Shown here: positions 25,767-39,168 of the stretch, in pieces | Position numbering within the stretch: the first letter of the stretch is position 1 | Layout: every line of letters starts with the position of its first letter | Origin: Eledone cirrhosa | Taxonomy: Eukaryota | Reading direction: 5' to 3' | DNA: 64,000 bases | Assembly (NCBI GenBank): GCA_964016885.1 | Contig: OZ024742.1 | Span: 78,740,001 to 78,804,000 of the forward strand | Translations under genes and position numbers: made by a program | The notes under the pieces: model-generated | What the model was told of the DNA's origin: nothing | The model's database searches: none | The model's input: only the letters and a program-made list of their open reading frames with translations

Positions 25767-28599
25767 ATATATATATACAGAATCACAAATATTTAGGCTC
25801 AGTTTTCCCTATCACCCATAATTTCTCAGAAAGAAATCAGTTGTGTTCAAATCTGGAGGGTATAAATGTCAAATAGAGTGCTCCTTCATCTCCATCACGC
25901 GATGAGGAGCCATAAATGGATGGATATAAACAGCATTGTTGCCACCATGATAAGCTGTATCCAGTACAATATCGAAAGTGGTTGTTATTAAGAAAGTCAC
26001 TAGACAGTAGAAGTCATGCTGGAATTTTGAACGTATGAGTGAGATATGATCCCTAGACCTGTCAAGGTCTGTAACTTCAAATTAGGACTGACTGAGCCCT
26101 CCTTCACAACCTATCCAATTCATACCAATTTCAAAAACTGATGGATGATGATGATGTTGATCGACCTGTTTATGGATCTGCATATATCTTGTTATTGAAA
26201 TCACTAGATCGATAGAAAACAATAAATGTATAGATCACTAGAGATAAATACAGATATATAGATAAACAGACAGACAGATATAGAACTAGACAGATATACA
26301 TATACAAACACACAGTAACATATATACATGATATATATATAGAGAGAGTGTGTGTGTGTGAAAGAGAGAAGGAGAAGAGAAATGAAAGCAAAATGTGATT
26401 CCTTATGTTAAGCTTTGTTTGTATGTGTATGCATGTGGGCATGAAAACATATGTGTATGGAGGCAGAGAGGGAGTTAGTGTGTGTGTGTGTGTGTGGATG
26501 GGGGCAGATGACTTTGATCTAGGAACATAGTTATTGCTTTGGGGCTATGTGGAAAGAGATGAAGAAAATGAAAAAGATTTGCTTGGCAGACACATCTGGC
26601 TGTCTTTGATTCTTTCCCACCTTAAACGAACTTGGTACATGTTTCAACATCAACATCTTTTCTATCATCATCATCGTTCCCTGCATGATTTATCATTGCC
26701 AGCATCATCACAATCATCACCATCATCATTCCATTTACTGTCTGTGCCATTGCTGTCACTACCACTACTACCACTGCCATCATCATTATTCTCTTGATAA
26801 AGAGCAATAGCACAACCAGTAGCAACAGAACTAAAAACTGGTTCTGATGATGTTGGTAATCGCTACTTCCTTACACACACGTTACAAAAGAAAAAAAAAA
26901 AAGATAATGGTATAACGATAGAAAAAGACTAACAAAAAACAACAAGGACAGTGGTTGAATCCTTATGATGCAAACTACCCACTGTCCTACACAGATTTTC
27001 CATTTTAATCTCCTGAGAACTAAACTGGATTCAACACAAAGAGAGGGTGAAAAGAGAAAAAGCTTACAATTGTATGACTTACTTTGCAGCTCCTTTGAGT
27101 TTGGTACAGTTTACCCTTTCATTAACATATACCTAAAGAAAAACACTGCCTGGGATATTGAAATATGTTTGAAACTAGTCAAGAATTTTGAGAGGTTTAG
27201 TAACATAACTTTCTTATTATTCAGTTGGTATTTGGAGAATAAAATGTTTAAATATAGACAGCTTAAAACAAATAGTTTAGTATTGTAAAACCAGAGGTGA
27301 TTTCAGGCAGGTTGGAATCAAAATGATGAAGTGAGGGGAAATGGACAATAAAAATCCAACATAATGGACTAAGCTAAAAGCATACAAGTAGAGTAACTGG
27401 TGGAGTAAATTTGCTAATCAAAATAGGTATCATCCACCCACCAGGCTTCTATGCAGTTTCCATCTACCAAATTGCACTCACAAGGCCAGGTTTTGGTCAA
27501 ACTAAAGTTATAGCTGAAAACACTTATTCAAGGCACTGCAGGATGGGATCACACCCACATGATTTTAAGGGAGCTTTGGCTCATTTAGACCAGGCATGGG
27601 CAATATTTTTTGATCAGTGGCCTACATATGATGCAGCTCATAATAAGGTGGGCTGCACCAATAAAACATTGAAGCAATGAGGCATGCTATTCAGAAAGCC
27701 ATATGCAGCTGACGGGCCACTGTTTTACATAGCTCTTTGCTGGAGAAAAGAAGACAGAATAAATGGAAAGAAATGACATGAAGACTTTTACTGGATTAGT
27801 TGTAGTAGTAGTGGTATTGGCCATAATATAGTGGAAGCGGTGGTAAGGGTTGTTGTGGTAATGGTGAGGATAACATTAGTAGTAGTAGTAGTTGTAGTGG
27901 TGATGGTAGAAGTGGCAAGGGTTGTGTGAGTGATAGTGGTAGTGATGATCATCATAATGTTAGTCATGATCACAGTCTTTGTTATGTTGGTGGCTGTGGT
28001 AGTGGTCACTGTGCTGGCAGTAGTTGCAGTAGTAGTAGTGTTGGTGCTATCATAGTGGTGATAGTAATAGCAGTAGTTGTCATAATAGTGTTGTTAGTGT
28101 TGTTAGATATGGAATTTACAATAGAGTTTCAGAAACAAAAATGTGACAAAGCCATAGAAATGGTTGTATGGTTAAATACCTCGCTTTCAAAACCTGTGGT
28201 TCAGTTTCATTGTCTAGCATGAGGGTGACAAAAATCTTGTGAGCTAAATTTGGCAGGTAGAAATTATGTAGAAACCCAACAAATATATGGAAAAATGGAT
28301 ATGATGATTACGATGATGATGTGAGTCTGTGTTTACCTCTAAACAAGCAACTGGCGTTGTCTCTTTCATCATCATCATCATCATCATCATCATCGTTTAA
28401 CATCCATCTTCCATGCTTGCATGGGTTTATAACTCATAATGTAGCAGTTGACGAAAAAGGGATTGATGAAATAAGTAACAGACATAAAAATATGTATTGG
28501 GTTGATATAATTCATGGTACTCCAGCCGATACGATTAGTTGTACAAATCAAAACAAGGCTGCAGTCCAATTACTGAAACCAATAACAGACTATATACAT

Positions 28600-28818
28600 A
28601 TATCATCATCATCATCTAATGTCTATTTTCCATGTTAGTATGGGTTACACGGGTTGTCCCATTTGAGGCAAGTTGAGTCACATGACTGTGCCATACTCAT
28701 AGAACTGTTTCTAACTAGGTTTCTATGGCTGGATACTCTTCCTAATGCAAACAACATTTACAGCAGTGTGTGCTGGGTGCTTTTTGTTGTGACTCTTACA
28801 CAACCACTTAACAGTGTG
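28600..28818 (-). mobile_element. RTE-tail-type non-autonomous element (module shared with SINE A and the RTE subfamily 2 UTR)
   Basis: Degenerate TTAGGAAGGGCATCCAGC module and (ATG)n tail. Confidence 0.7.
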
Positions 28819-28834
28819 GATCATCATCATAAGT

Positions 28835-29111
28835 TGTGGTGTGGAGGGGAGAAGGCTGAGATGGTATGGACATGTGATGCGCATGGAAGATGACCGATGG
28901 GAAAAGAAGTGCCAAGAAATCCCAGTAGAAGGAAGACGCAGTAGATGTAGACCACGAAAAACATGGGCGGAGGTGGTGAGAGCAGAACTCAGATCACTGA
29001 AACTCACCGAGGAGATGACGAAGGACCGTGACAAGTGGAGAGATGCTGTGCTGAATAGGACCCATTCAACCCTTGCAAGAAGGGAAAAGCGGACGTAAAA
29101 TGATGATGATG

Positions 29112-29112
<1 letters not shown>
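28835..29112 (+). mobile_element. RTE LINE 3' fragment (subfamily 1)
   Basis: RLRWYGHVMRMEDDRW...RPRKTWAEVVR; terminus CCCTTGCAAGAAGGGAAAAGCGGACGTAAAATGATG. Confidence 0.88.
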
Positions 29113-29144
<32 letters not shown>

Positions 29145-29694
29145 ATTTCATGCAAGATAGTTCATAGACGAGTAGATTGGTAGGAAAGAAAAGGACAAGA
29201 ACTAATCATCAAATCATTACAAGGAAACTATATTTCTATTGCTCATTCCATTGCTGATACAATCTGCCAGCTGGAGCACCTGGAAAAAGGAGATGTGATT
29301 CGAAGTCAAATCAAATACCACAAAACATCTCATCCGACTCTTTTAACAATCTGCCCAATCTCTCGCTACTGGTAATACTTTATGTATTGGCCCTGGAGGG
29401 GTTTAAAGGAAAAGTTTAATTCAGCATAATTTAAAGACAACATGAACTACTGGCATTTAATCTGGGAATCTAATGACACTGCCTATGTACCTAACAACCT
29501 AGGTAGGGAGGTAGTTATGTTGGTAGGCAGGTAGGTAAGAAGGTGGGTGAACTGTAGAAGTAGAAGTACCTATGGAAAGAAATTCTACCAGTGGTTGATA
29601 AAGCTTAATGAAGGTTTTGATGGAAAATCTTTAATTTGTTTATTTGATTTTTATTTTTTTTATGTTAGTTCTTTATTCCTATTTTGATTTTTCT

Positions 29695-29711
29695 GTTATT
29701 GTTCCTGCTAT

Positions 29712-29755
<44 letters not shown>

Positions 29756-30330
29756 TTCCTGGTATTGTTGTTGTTGCTGCTGCTATTGTTGTTGTTGCTA
29801 TTGTTGTTGTTGCTATTGTTGTTGTTCCTGCTATTGTTGTTTCTGCCTTCTCTTTACTTTTGTTCTAATATGTTACTTTAATTTTTCCTTCCTTTGTAGG
29901 ATCCTTTTTATTTCTCCTCTTATGTATGTTATCTTTCTTTCCTTGCTGCTGCTTCTACAGCTGTTTGTTATCATTATTATTATTGTCATTGTTGTTGGTG
30001 TTGTTATTATTATCATTGTTGCTGTAGTTATCTTTTTTCTGCTCTGAGATATTGTTGTTCTTCTTCTTGTTTAACTTCTCTTTGCTGATGTTGTTATCCT
30101 GGTTTTTCTTGTTCTTATTTTAATCTTATTTATTCTCTTAGCTGCTGCAATTGTTGTTGCAGTTGTTGCTGCTACTATAATTTTTGGTGATATTTCTACT
30201 CTTAGCTGCTGTTGTTGTTATCAAAGCCATAGCTATTGTTGTTGTTGTTGTTGTTTTCTTCTAGTAACTGCTGCATTTGTTGTTGTCATCATTGTTATTG
30301 CTACTGCTGTTGTTGCTACTGTTATCTTAC
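29695..30330. repeat. (GTT/GCT)n trinucleotide low-complexity region
   Basis: Directly visible. Confidence 0.9.
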
Positions 30331-30607
30331 TTCACTTAGTTATTGCGCATGTTGTTATATTTGTTATACATGCATGCATTTCTGTTTGCATTGTCAAATT
30401 AAAGTGTAACGACTAAAAGCAACTTTAGAGAGAAGTAACCATAAAAGCAGAATGCAATTGAGTAAAAGACAGAGGAAACAGAAAGACAAAAATACAAACA
30501 GAAATAGAACTAAAATAAAATAAAGAGAAGACAGAAAACAGGGAAAAATATGGTTGAAGATTGGATAATAGAGAAGAGCTCTGTGTGAGTGTGCATCAGG
30601 CTATTTA

Positions 30608-30641
<34 letters not shown>

Positions 30642-30815
30642 ATGTATACATATATATATATATACCCCCCCCCCACACACACACACATGCATATGTGTAT
30701 ATCTGTATCTATGCATATAATCGTAGATATAATGGCGGTGATCCATCCTTGCTGCAGCCTATGGGTTGATAGAGGTAAAAGGGTAAACAAGTGTGTGTGT
30801 GTGTTTATGTGTGTG

Positions 30816-30876
<61 letters not shown>

Positions 30877-31399
30877 GTGTGTGTGTGTGTGCGCGTGCAT
30901 TTCTTTTCATATTAGTTTTGCAAGATTCTTAATGAGAAATCCTGTGTTGAAACAGATATTGTTATAGTTTGAGAGGGACATGTTACCACTAAAAACAATT
31001 GCACCAGTTAAGTTCCACTGTTATTTTATTATTAAGTCAGCTAACTAATCTATCCCTCTGTTAGTTTAGTAACCAGATGGTTATTTGTCAAAGCTGTTTC
31101 TTCACACATTCTGTGGTCTTCTTAATGACTAGTTTTGCTCATCTGTGATTCCAGTTTGTTTTCAATTTGTTTTTGTTTGATTTACTCCATCTTGTTGCTC
31201 TGTCTTACTAAAATAACCAAGGAATAGGTTATTTAACTGAATAATGATAAAACCAGAATGAAACTCAACTACTGCATGTGTTTTTATTTATATATAGATA
31301 TTAAGAAAAACAAAGTTTCGTTTACATGTATTTAGTTTTTATATTTAATATAAACACTCCACCCTACCTTGAGTGCTCATTTTGGTACTGCCACCAGTA

Positions 31400-32030
31400 A
31401 TTCACTGAATCATAAAAAGGTATTTATCAAGTAGCTAAGAAAGAAGCTAGCTGACAGGTATACATAGCTCGGAGAGCGCCTGAAGAAAGTAAATTTGTTA
31501 ATGTCTTGAGACGTGAGGATCAGAGGCATGAAGTTTTTCGTATTGCAAGGCAGTGTGTTAGTGTGAATTAAAATGTAAATCTTGGCTACACAAAAGATAC
31601 AGTGGGATAACAAGTAGACTAACAGGAAGGGATAACTTTGAATGTAGAAGATGCACAGGAGAAATCGAGAGGCAGAGTGTTAATGATGTAAACATTTTCC
31701 AGTCACAGGAAAGAACCATAGATGTGATTGATAGCTTCTGGTACCTAGGTGACCTAATTAGCAGCAGAGCAGGGTATGCAGAGTGTATAATAACTAGAAT
31801 AAGGATAGGATGGAAGAAGTTTAGAGAACTACCTCCACTGCTGACAACAAAAGGTTTCTCCCTACATATAAAAAGAAGGCTATATGATGCCTGTGTGCAG
31901 GAGAGATGACTGCATTAGTATGGACATGTGATGTGCATGGACAATAACTGATGGGTGAACAAATGTCAGGAAATACTAGTGGAAGGAAGCCACAGTAGAG
32001 GAAGACCAAAAAGACTTGGGCAGAGATTAT
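31400..32030 (+). mobile_element. Internally deleted, decayed RTE LINE
   Basis: IDSFWYLGDLIS...RIRIGWKKFRELPPLLTTKGFSL..RLYDACV. Confidence 0.75.
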
Positions 32031-32082
32031 GCACGAGAAGAAAGACATGTTTCTTGCCTGTGGCATATCACAAAATCTGATT

Positions 32083-32166
32083 TTCCTCTGAAGATACCGT
32101 TTCCATAACAACAACATAAGTTATATTATTGATTGCAAAGGGAACCGTTGAAATAATTATTATGAA
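32083..32166 (+). ncRNA. Degenerate Type I hammerhead motif
   Basis: TTCCT-CTGAAGA-TACCGTTTCC...GGGAACCGTT-GAAA-TAATTA-TT-ATGAA, followed by AATAAA; stems I and II imperfect. Confidence 0.45.
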
Positions 32167-32303
32167 TAAACGATTTCAGTAACATCACCGTTTTTCTGAA
32201 TAGGAGCCGTCCCACCCTTGCAAGTAGGGAAAAGCAGACGTAAAATAATGATGATGATAACATATATATGTATGTGTGTTTATACACACATACATATATA
32301 TAC

Positions 32304-32365
<62 letters not shown>

Positions 32366-32638
32366 TTATACACACACACACACACATATATTCATATATA
32401 TATATATGGTAACCCCTGAATATACCAGTTTTTCTCAAAGAAATCTTTATCATTTCTGCCACTGTTCACTTTCTTATATTTTTTATTTCTTCTTTACTTT
32501 CTCATTCTATTTTCTGATGAAGGACTAGTATCCAAAACATTAAGACTCTTTTCCTTCTATATCAAGCCTAAAACTAATAGATTTCTTCATTGTATTGTCA
32601 TTTGCTTTGTTATTTGGGGTTACCTTTTGTGTATATAC

Positions 32639-32669
<31 letters not shown>

Positions 32670-33309
32670 ATTGTGTGTATGCATGTATATGTGTATGTGT
32701 GTGTGTGAGCAGTGTGTGTATGTGTGTGTGTGAGCATGGATATATATCAATATGCCTACATGTGTATTCCTAACATATGTATGTATGTATAATGGAAGAA
32801 ACTGAATACATTTGAATAAATTGAATCATGAAAAGCTGAAATAGTCAGTTAATGTTAAGTTTAAAATATAAAAAAACAGGAAGACACATATGTGCCACTG
32901 TATATGATAAATGTATGTTGAATAGATGTAATTCAGCTGTTTATGTTTAAACGTATATACACATACAAACAGACACGTATATATATATATATATATATAC
33001 ATATACACACATATAGGGCTATATGTGTGTGACTGTGTGTATCTGTTGTATACATAAATATACATAATATACATGCCTGGATACATATGTGCATATACAT
33101 ACACATGCATGCACACATATTTATCTATATAGCTATATATATATATGTGTATATATATATACACATATATACACACACATATATATATACATATATACAC
33201 ACATATATATATATACACATATACACACATATATATATACACACACACACATATATATATCAAGTAAAGCAACGGAGTAAAGGACTCGCATGCTTTTTCC
33301 TCTCTCTAT

Positions 33310-33353
<44 letters not shown>

Positions 33354-35503
33354 CATCTACATATATATATATATATATATATACATCTACATATATATAT
33401 ATATATATATACACACACATATATACATATATAAATATATATTTATATATATACATATATATATTCATACACACACGCACACACACATATATATATATAT
33501 ATATATACGCACACATGCACACATATACAACCAGGAACTCTGTTGCACAAGAACAATTAGAAATTAGCAAGAGAATAAGAAGGTAGAAAGTGAGAAGGAG
33601 CAATGAGAGAGAGAGAGAGGGGGGGACTAACATTATATAGTCTATTGACAGAGGGATATATTGATTAAGGAGCAAAAAAGGGAGAAGGGTGGAGGTGGAG
33701 TGGGGGAGACATTGAATTAAATCCCATTTACTTAAACTGTCTCCAAAACTGGAGAGTTCCTGCTCTGAATTACTTTCGCTGAGTGATTTTCTCCAGTTAC
33801 ATCTATAAACAATGGACATTAGGTTAAGTGGCTTGTCTTCAATGACAAGAACAACTGCAACACAATGCAATGAAGACAATAACATCAAGAAAACCTATAT
33901 GTGAAACAGTTGTAAGAAGGAGGACAAAAAGAAAATAGAGGAATAGTGGTTAGAGCAAAACAAGAACAACTTTTTTAAAATTTCAAACCACAACATTGGT
34001 TCCAACAACAACAAAAATAAATACTGTCTCAACATTACTACCGCTGCCACCAATTATAATAACAACAATCTCAACTGTAACATTGCCACAACAATAATAA
34101 AAAATCTTAACCTTAACATGTCAACCACCAACTCAAACAACAACAAAGGATTACCACCATGACAATCTCAACATTACTACTACCAACATTAGAAATAATA
34201 AACAGCACTATCAATATTAACATTGCCACCACCAACAATAACTACACTCTTAACTCCAACATTGTTATACCCCAACAACACTAGCAGTTAAAATCACAGT
34301 ACCAGGATCACCACCAACAAGCCAAGATAGAAAGAAGACACACACATACACACGATACCATTTTTTTTTTACATGAGTTTGTAAAATGGCGTAGGTTGGA
34401 TAGACTTCTTAACACAGTATTCTATGGCCTCACATGTTGAATAAGTGCATACATGTTTACACACACACACATATTAGGCTACACAGACACAGATATTGGG
34501 CTTCTATACATTATTTTCTATAATAATAAAGTTCATCCAGAATGCATTGGTCAGTGGAGTTATAAATTTAATATCCAAAGAGAGCACTTAATCTGTGATA
34601 AGAGTTGGAATACAAAAATTTATTAAATTACTATAAAGACGGCATATTTACTATAGCTGTTTTGCAGTTTACAAATAGTACTTTATTTTTTTAAACCAAA
34701 AAAGCCAACAATAATGCAATTGTCCTGGTGAATGGCTATAGTTTAAAAGCCATATTTTCATATATGGCAACTCACCTGAAGAACTTTTGGAGGAATTTAA
34801 TAAAATAAACAACGTTTTCATTATTAAGCTAACATTTAGAACATAAAAAATGTCCTTACATAAAATTATGTTGGAAATTTTAATATAAATACTTCAAAGC
34901 AAGCACATTTTCCCATCATGAAACCAAGGACAGTTTGGTACTAAAAAGGTTAATAAATTCATATTATATGTAATTCATACTATATGTATATCATAATATA
35001 ATAAATGGAGGAGTGCAGGACTGTATCCTGAAAATATATTTTTTTATCCCATTAGTAAAATAATTGGATTACTTTGAATAAATAATGAATGAATATTACA
35101 TAGTTTCTGTACTAAATTTCGTAGCTGTGGATTAAACATAAATATTCTTATATATATAATGATTGCTTATTTTAAGATTCATTTCTTTTAAAATTTTCAA
35201 ATGTCAATACTTCCGGTTATGACATAACGGACGCTATATTATATCCCTTAAATAAATGTTCATATATTTGCATCATTATATCATAACGTTTATATTTCCG
35301 TCGCTAATTTTCTCCTTTTTCATTTTCATATCATTTCAGATTATATATAATATCGTCTTTTTTAAATGCATCATGGATTACTTTACTGATTACAGAGGAC
35401 AGTGTAATATAGTCTCTCTTTGATTTCTGTGCATATTGTGAATTACGATTTTATTTGATGTATCATATCTACATGCATATATATTTGTGTATAATATCAA
35501 TTT

Positions 35504-35587
35504 GTCGTGTTACTCTAGAGTTTTGCCTGCTTATCACAAGTTCATCAGACCCTTTGATAAGCAGGCAAACTTCCAGAGTAAAATGAC
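35504..35587. repeat. ~84-nt imperfect hairpin
   Basis: TTACTCTAGAGTTTTGCCTGCTTATCA ... TGATAAGCAGGCAAACTTCCAGAGTAA. Confidence 0.8.
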
Positions 35588-35609
35588 TCACTATTTAGCT
35601 TTAATAAAA

Positions 35610-35676
<67 letters not shown>

Positions 35677-35707
35677 ACCCCCTCCCACTTGCCTCCATCA
35701 CACCTCC

Positions 35708-35978
35708 CACAGTAAAGTGGTCGTGCAGGTGTCACGACAAAAAGGCACCCAGTCCACACTGAAAAGTGGTCATGTGGGCGCCACGGCAAAAAAGCACCCA
35801 GTACTCACTGTAAATGAGGTTGGTGTTAGGAAGGGTATCCAGCTGTAGAAACCAGGCCAGAATCAGTTCTATATGAGCATGACATCGTCGCCTGACCTGG
35901 CATTGCCCACAACAGGACAACCCGTCTAACCCATGCTAGAATGGACGAATGGACGTAAAACAGTGATGATGTTGATGA
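35708..35978 (+). mobile_element. RTE-tail-type non-autonomous element
   Basis: TTAGGAAGGGTATCCAGC module; end CGTCTAACCCATGCTAGAATGGACGAATGGACGTAAAACAGTGATG. Confidence 0.8.
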
Positions 35979-36044
35979 TATATGGGATATATATGTATAT
36001 GTATACATATATATATATACCATATATATATATATATATATAAT

Positions 36045-36844
36045 GGAAAATTTGAACAGGAACAAAACAGAGAGGCAGTACAACAAATGTTTATTAATTT
36101 CATGCTCTGGAGAGTGGGGTGGTGGTGGGGAACGACGTTTCAGGCATAAGCCCTTCCTCAGGTGAGAAGTGTGTGGGAAGAGAGTTCAAAGGGTGTGTAG
36201 GGGAGTGGTGGAGAGACATATAGCGAAAAGGGGGGTGGGAGGAAACGGTGCGAATGAAATTAAAAATAAAAATAAAAATAAAGCATGATCAAAATAAAAT
36301 GAAATGAAATAAAAATAAATATAAAAGCATGATCAAAATAAACTGAAATTAAAAAGGGGTAAAACAGGTGGTGGAAGGGTGAGGGGTGTGTAAGGGTGGT
36401 GGCGGGTGGAGTGGGGAGAGAGAGACGGGGTGTCCGAGCGGGGAGGGCTGAAGGTGGTGTGTGTGTGTAGGTGTACGTGTGTGTGTGTGTGTGTGTGAAA
36501 GCAAGGGTTGGGGGAAGAACGGGGTTGCATGTTCAGGAAGAGGTGTATGTGGGGTGGGGCGTAGGTCGGCGTGGGTGTACGTGTGTGGATAGAGGGGTGG
36601 GGGGAGAGGAATCTGGAGGCTGAAGGTGTAAATATGTGGTGGAAAGCACGTGTATGTGGGGTTTAAGCGTGTTGTGGGTGTAGGTGGCGTGTGGGAGAAA
36701 AAAAAATGTTTGGGGTGTGTGTGGGTGAGTTATATAGGTGATTCCGTATGAGGATGTGGTTGAAATGTTGGTAAACTCCTATGATGGTAGTAGATTCCAC
36801 GGTGGTCAAGTTCCACATACGAGTATTCCATGAAGAGATGGTCG

Positions 36845-36848
<4 letters not shown>
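36045..36848 (-). mobile_element. Penelope-like 3' fragment (C-rich UTR plus HHR-like core)
   Basis: Minus strand CTGAGGA-AGGGCTTATGCCT-GAAA-CGTCG at 36133-36161, then AATAAA; long C/A-rich tract upstream; bounded by (AT)n. Confidence 0.5.
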
Positions 36849-36889
<41 letters not shown>

Positions 36890-36934
36890 TATATCATCAT
36901 CATCATCATCATATATATATATATATATATATAC

Positions 36935-36987
<53 letters not shown>

Positions 36988-36998
36988 CATATATATAT

Positions 36999-37035
<37 letters not shown>

Positions 37036-37049
37036 TATATACAAATATA

Positions 37050-37103
<54 letters not shown>

Positions 37104-37108
37104 TATAT

Positions 37109-37153
<45 letters not shown>

Positions 37154-37244
37154 TATGTATATATACATATACACTATCCAAGAAAAACTTGAACCATTAA
37201 GGTATCTTTTGTTGGTTATGTCAAAATTTATCTAACAAACTTTG

Positions 37245-37305
37245 TATTTTATCTGATGAGCGCATACTGAAGTTTTGGTACCCTTGAAATATATATAATA
37301 GAATA
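37245..37305 (+). ncRNA. Type I hammerhead ribozyme motif
   Basis: TATTTTAT-CTGATGA-G...T-GAAA-TATATA-TA-ATAGAATA; 8-bp stem I (one G.U pair), palindromic stem III, decayed stem II. Confidence 0.65.
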
Positions 37306-37418
37306 AATATGGTTTTATAAATATAGTTTCCTTTTATTTAATATCATTGTATATACATATATATATATATATACATATATACATATACATATATATATAC
37401 ATATATATACATATATAT

Positions 37419-37453
<35 letters not shown>

Positions 37454-37596
37454 CGAGGGCAATCCCAAAAGTAAGGTCTCCTTCTGATATTGCAACTTTT
37501 CCGTTGAAATCCTATGGATGGTGCTTCGGGAGTGATCCGCCGATCTTTACGCACATTTTCCTTGGAAGGAGACCTTACTTTTTGGGATTGCCCTCG
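37454..37596. mobile_element. Mariner-derived MITE
   Basis: TIRs CGAGGGCAATCCCAAAAGTAAGGTCTCCTTC / GAAGGAGACCTTACTTTTTGGGATTGCCCTCG; TA on both sides. Confidence 0.85.
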
Positions 37597-37599
37597 TAT

Positions 37600-37775
37600 A
37601 TAATAACTGCGCGGAATTCACACTTGGCAGTAGCGTTCAACTCCATTCTCAACGGCGCGTGCATGCTTGTTTGGGAGCGAAGGAAGCACCAATCACAACA
37701 GTATTGCCAACAGCCGTACAAACAGTTTCTCTGCGTCCCCATCGCTTTGGAGACCTTACTTTTGGGTTTACCCTC

Positions 37776-37776
<1 letters not shown>
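37600..37776 (-). mobile_element. Left end of a mariner element (TIR plus transposase N-terminus)
   Basis: TIR CGAGGGTAAACCCAAAAGTAAGGTCTCC; ATG at 37646 gives MELNATAKCEFRAVI, a mariner-like start. Confidence 0.7.
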
Positions 37777-37820
<44 letters not shown>

Positions 37821-38367
37821 TAACCTTTTTCTCTCATGGTCCCACCCAACAACAAAACAATAGTAAATTAACACAATAAACAGAAAGCAACCAACACCTA
37901 CAACATAAATAAAAATGTCACAGAAATATAATGTTAAGTACAAGAAAATAGAATTTACCACAAGCAAAATAAATCCTCCACCAAATATTTCACGTCTAAT
38001 CAACAAAACCTGAAACTCATAATGAAGAAATATATCTAATCCAAATTAAAACACCCCAAAGGAAAACAACAACACAATAAATTATAATTAAAACCAACCC
38101 CTCTTCTGGTATTTAGACGAACTTAATCAAACCACAATCACCTTCAATATCTGGCTTCCATCCAAGTTGTGTGTATGTATGCATACATAGAAACATAAGT
38201 ATGATAACATGTTCATATGCACATATATCAACATAAAGGCGTATGTATATACATGAGTAACATTATATAGAGAAACAGCTAGATGTGCACATATACATCC
38301 AGACAACATAAATCACATAAACCTTTATATCTCGAAACATTTGAACAGAAGTTAAAGCACCAATAAC

Positions 38368-38402
<35 letters not shown>

Positions 38403-38406
<4 letters not shown>

Positions 38407-38712
38407 TTAGAGCATTGGCCTTGCAATCGAGAGGTTGTGAGTTCAATTCTCAGACCGGGTGATGTGTTGTTTCCTTGAGCAAGACACTTTATTTCACATT
38501 GCTCCAGTTTACTCAGCTGTAGAAATGAGATGATAGGGACTGGGGTCCATATCATTCCACTGCAAAGTGGTCGTAGAGGTGCCACGCCAAAAAAGCACCC
38601 ACCACTCACGGTAAATGAGGTTGGTGTTAGGAAGGGCATCCAGCTGTAGAAATCAAGCCAGAATCAGTTCCCGTCCCACCCTTGCAAGCAGGGAAAAAGC
38701 GGACGTAAAATG
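38403..38712 (+). mobile_element. SINE family A
   Basis: B-box, CORE-like block, RTE-type 3' end. Confidence 0.88.
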
Positions 38713-38979
38713 AAAAAATGAAACATACACAAATATACACAAACATGGACAGATATGCACACAGGTACGTATACAATTCATGAACATATTTCTATATGTA
38801 AATGAGGTTGGTGTCAGGAAGGGCATCCAGCTGTAGAAATCAAGCCAGAATCAGTTCCCGTCCCACCCTTGCAAGCAGGGAAAAAGCGGATGTAAAATAA
38901 AACATACACAAATATACACAAACATGGACAGATGTGCACACAGGTATGTATACAATTCATGAACATATTTCTATATGTA
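38611..38979 (+). repeat. ~185-bp tandem duplication (SINE 3' half plus flank)
   Basis: GTAAATGAGGTTGGTG...CATATTTCTATATGTA present twice. Confidence 0.9.
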
Positions 38980-39137
38980 TTTTGCTACATATCATTCCAT
39001 TAATCCATTCTGTGTTTCTATGATGCTGAGTCTATATTCACTGTATTTTTCAATTTTATAATATATAGGAATAAGAGGTTATATGCCATTATGTATCCAT
39101 CTACATACAGGAATATATAAGTATATGTGTTTATGTA

Positions 39138-39168
<31 letters not shown>

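Noticed and set aside
33530-33895. Possible PLE C-terminus with a pyrimidine-rich tail
   Set aside because: Too degraded to support by eye
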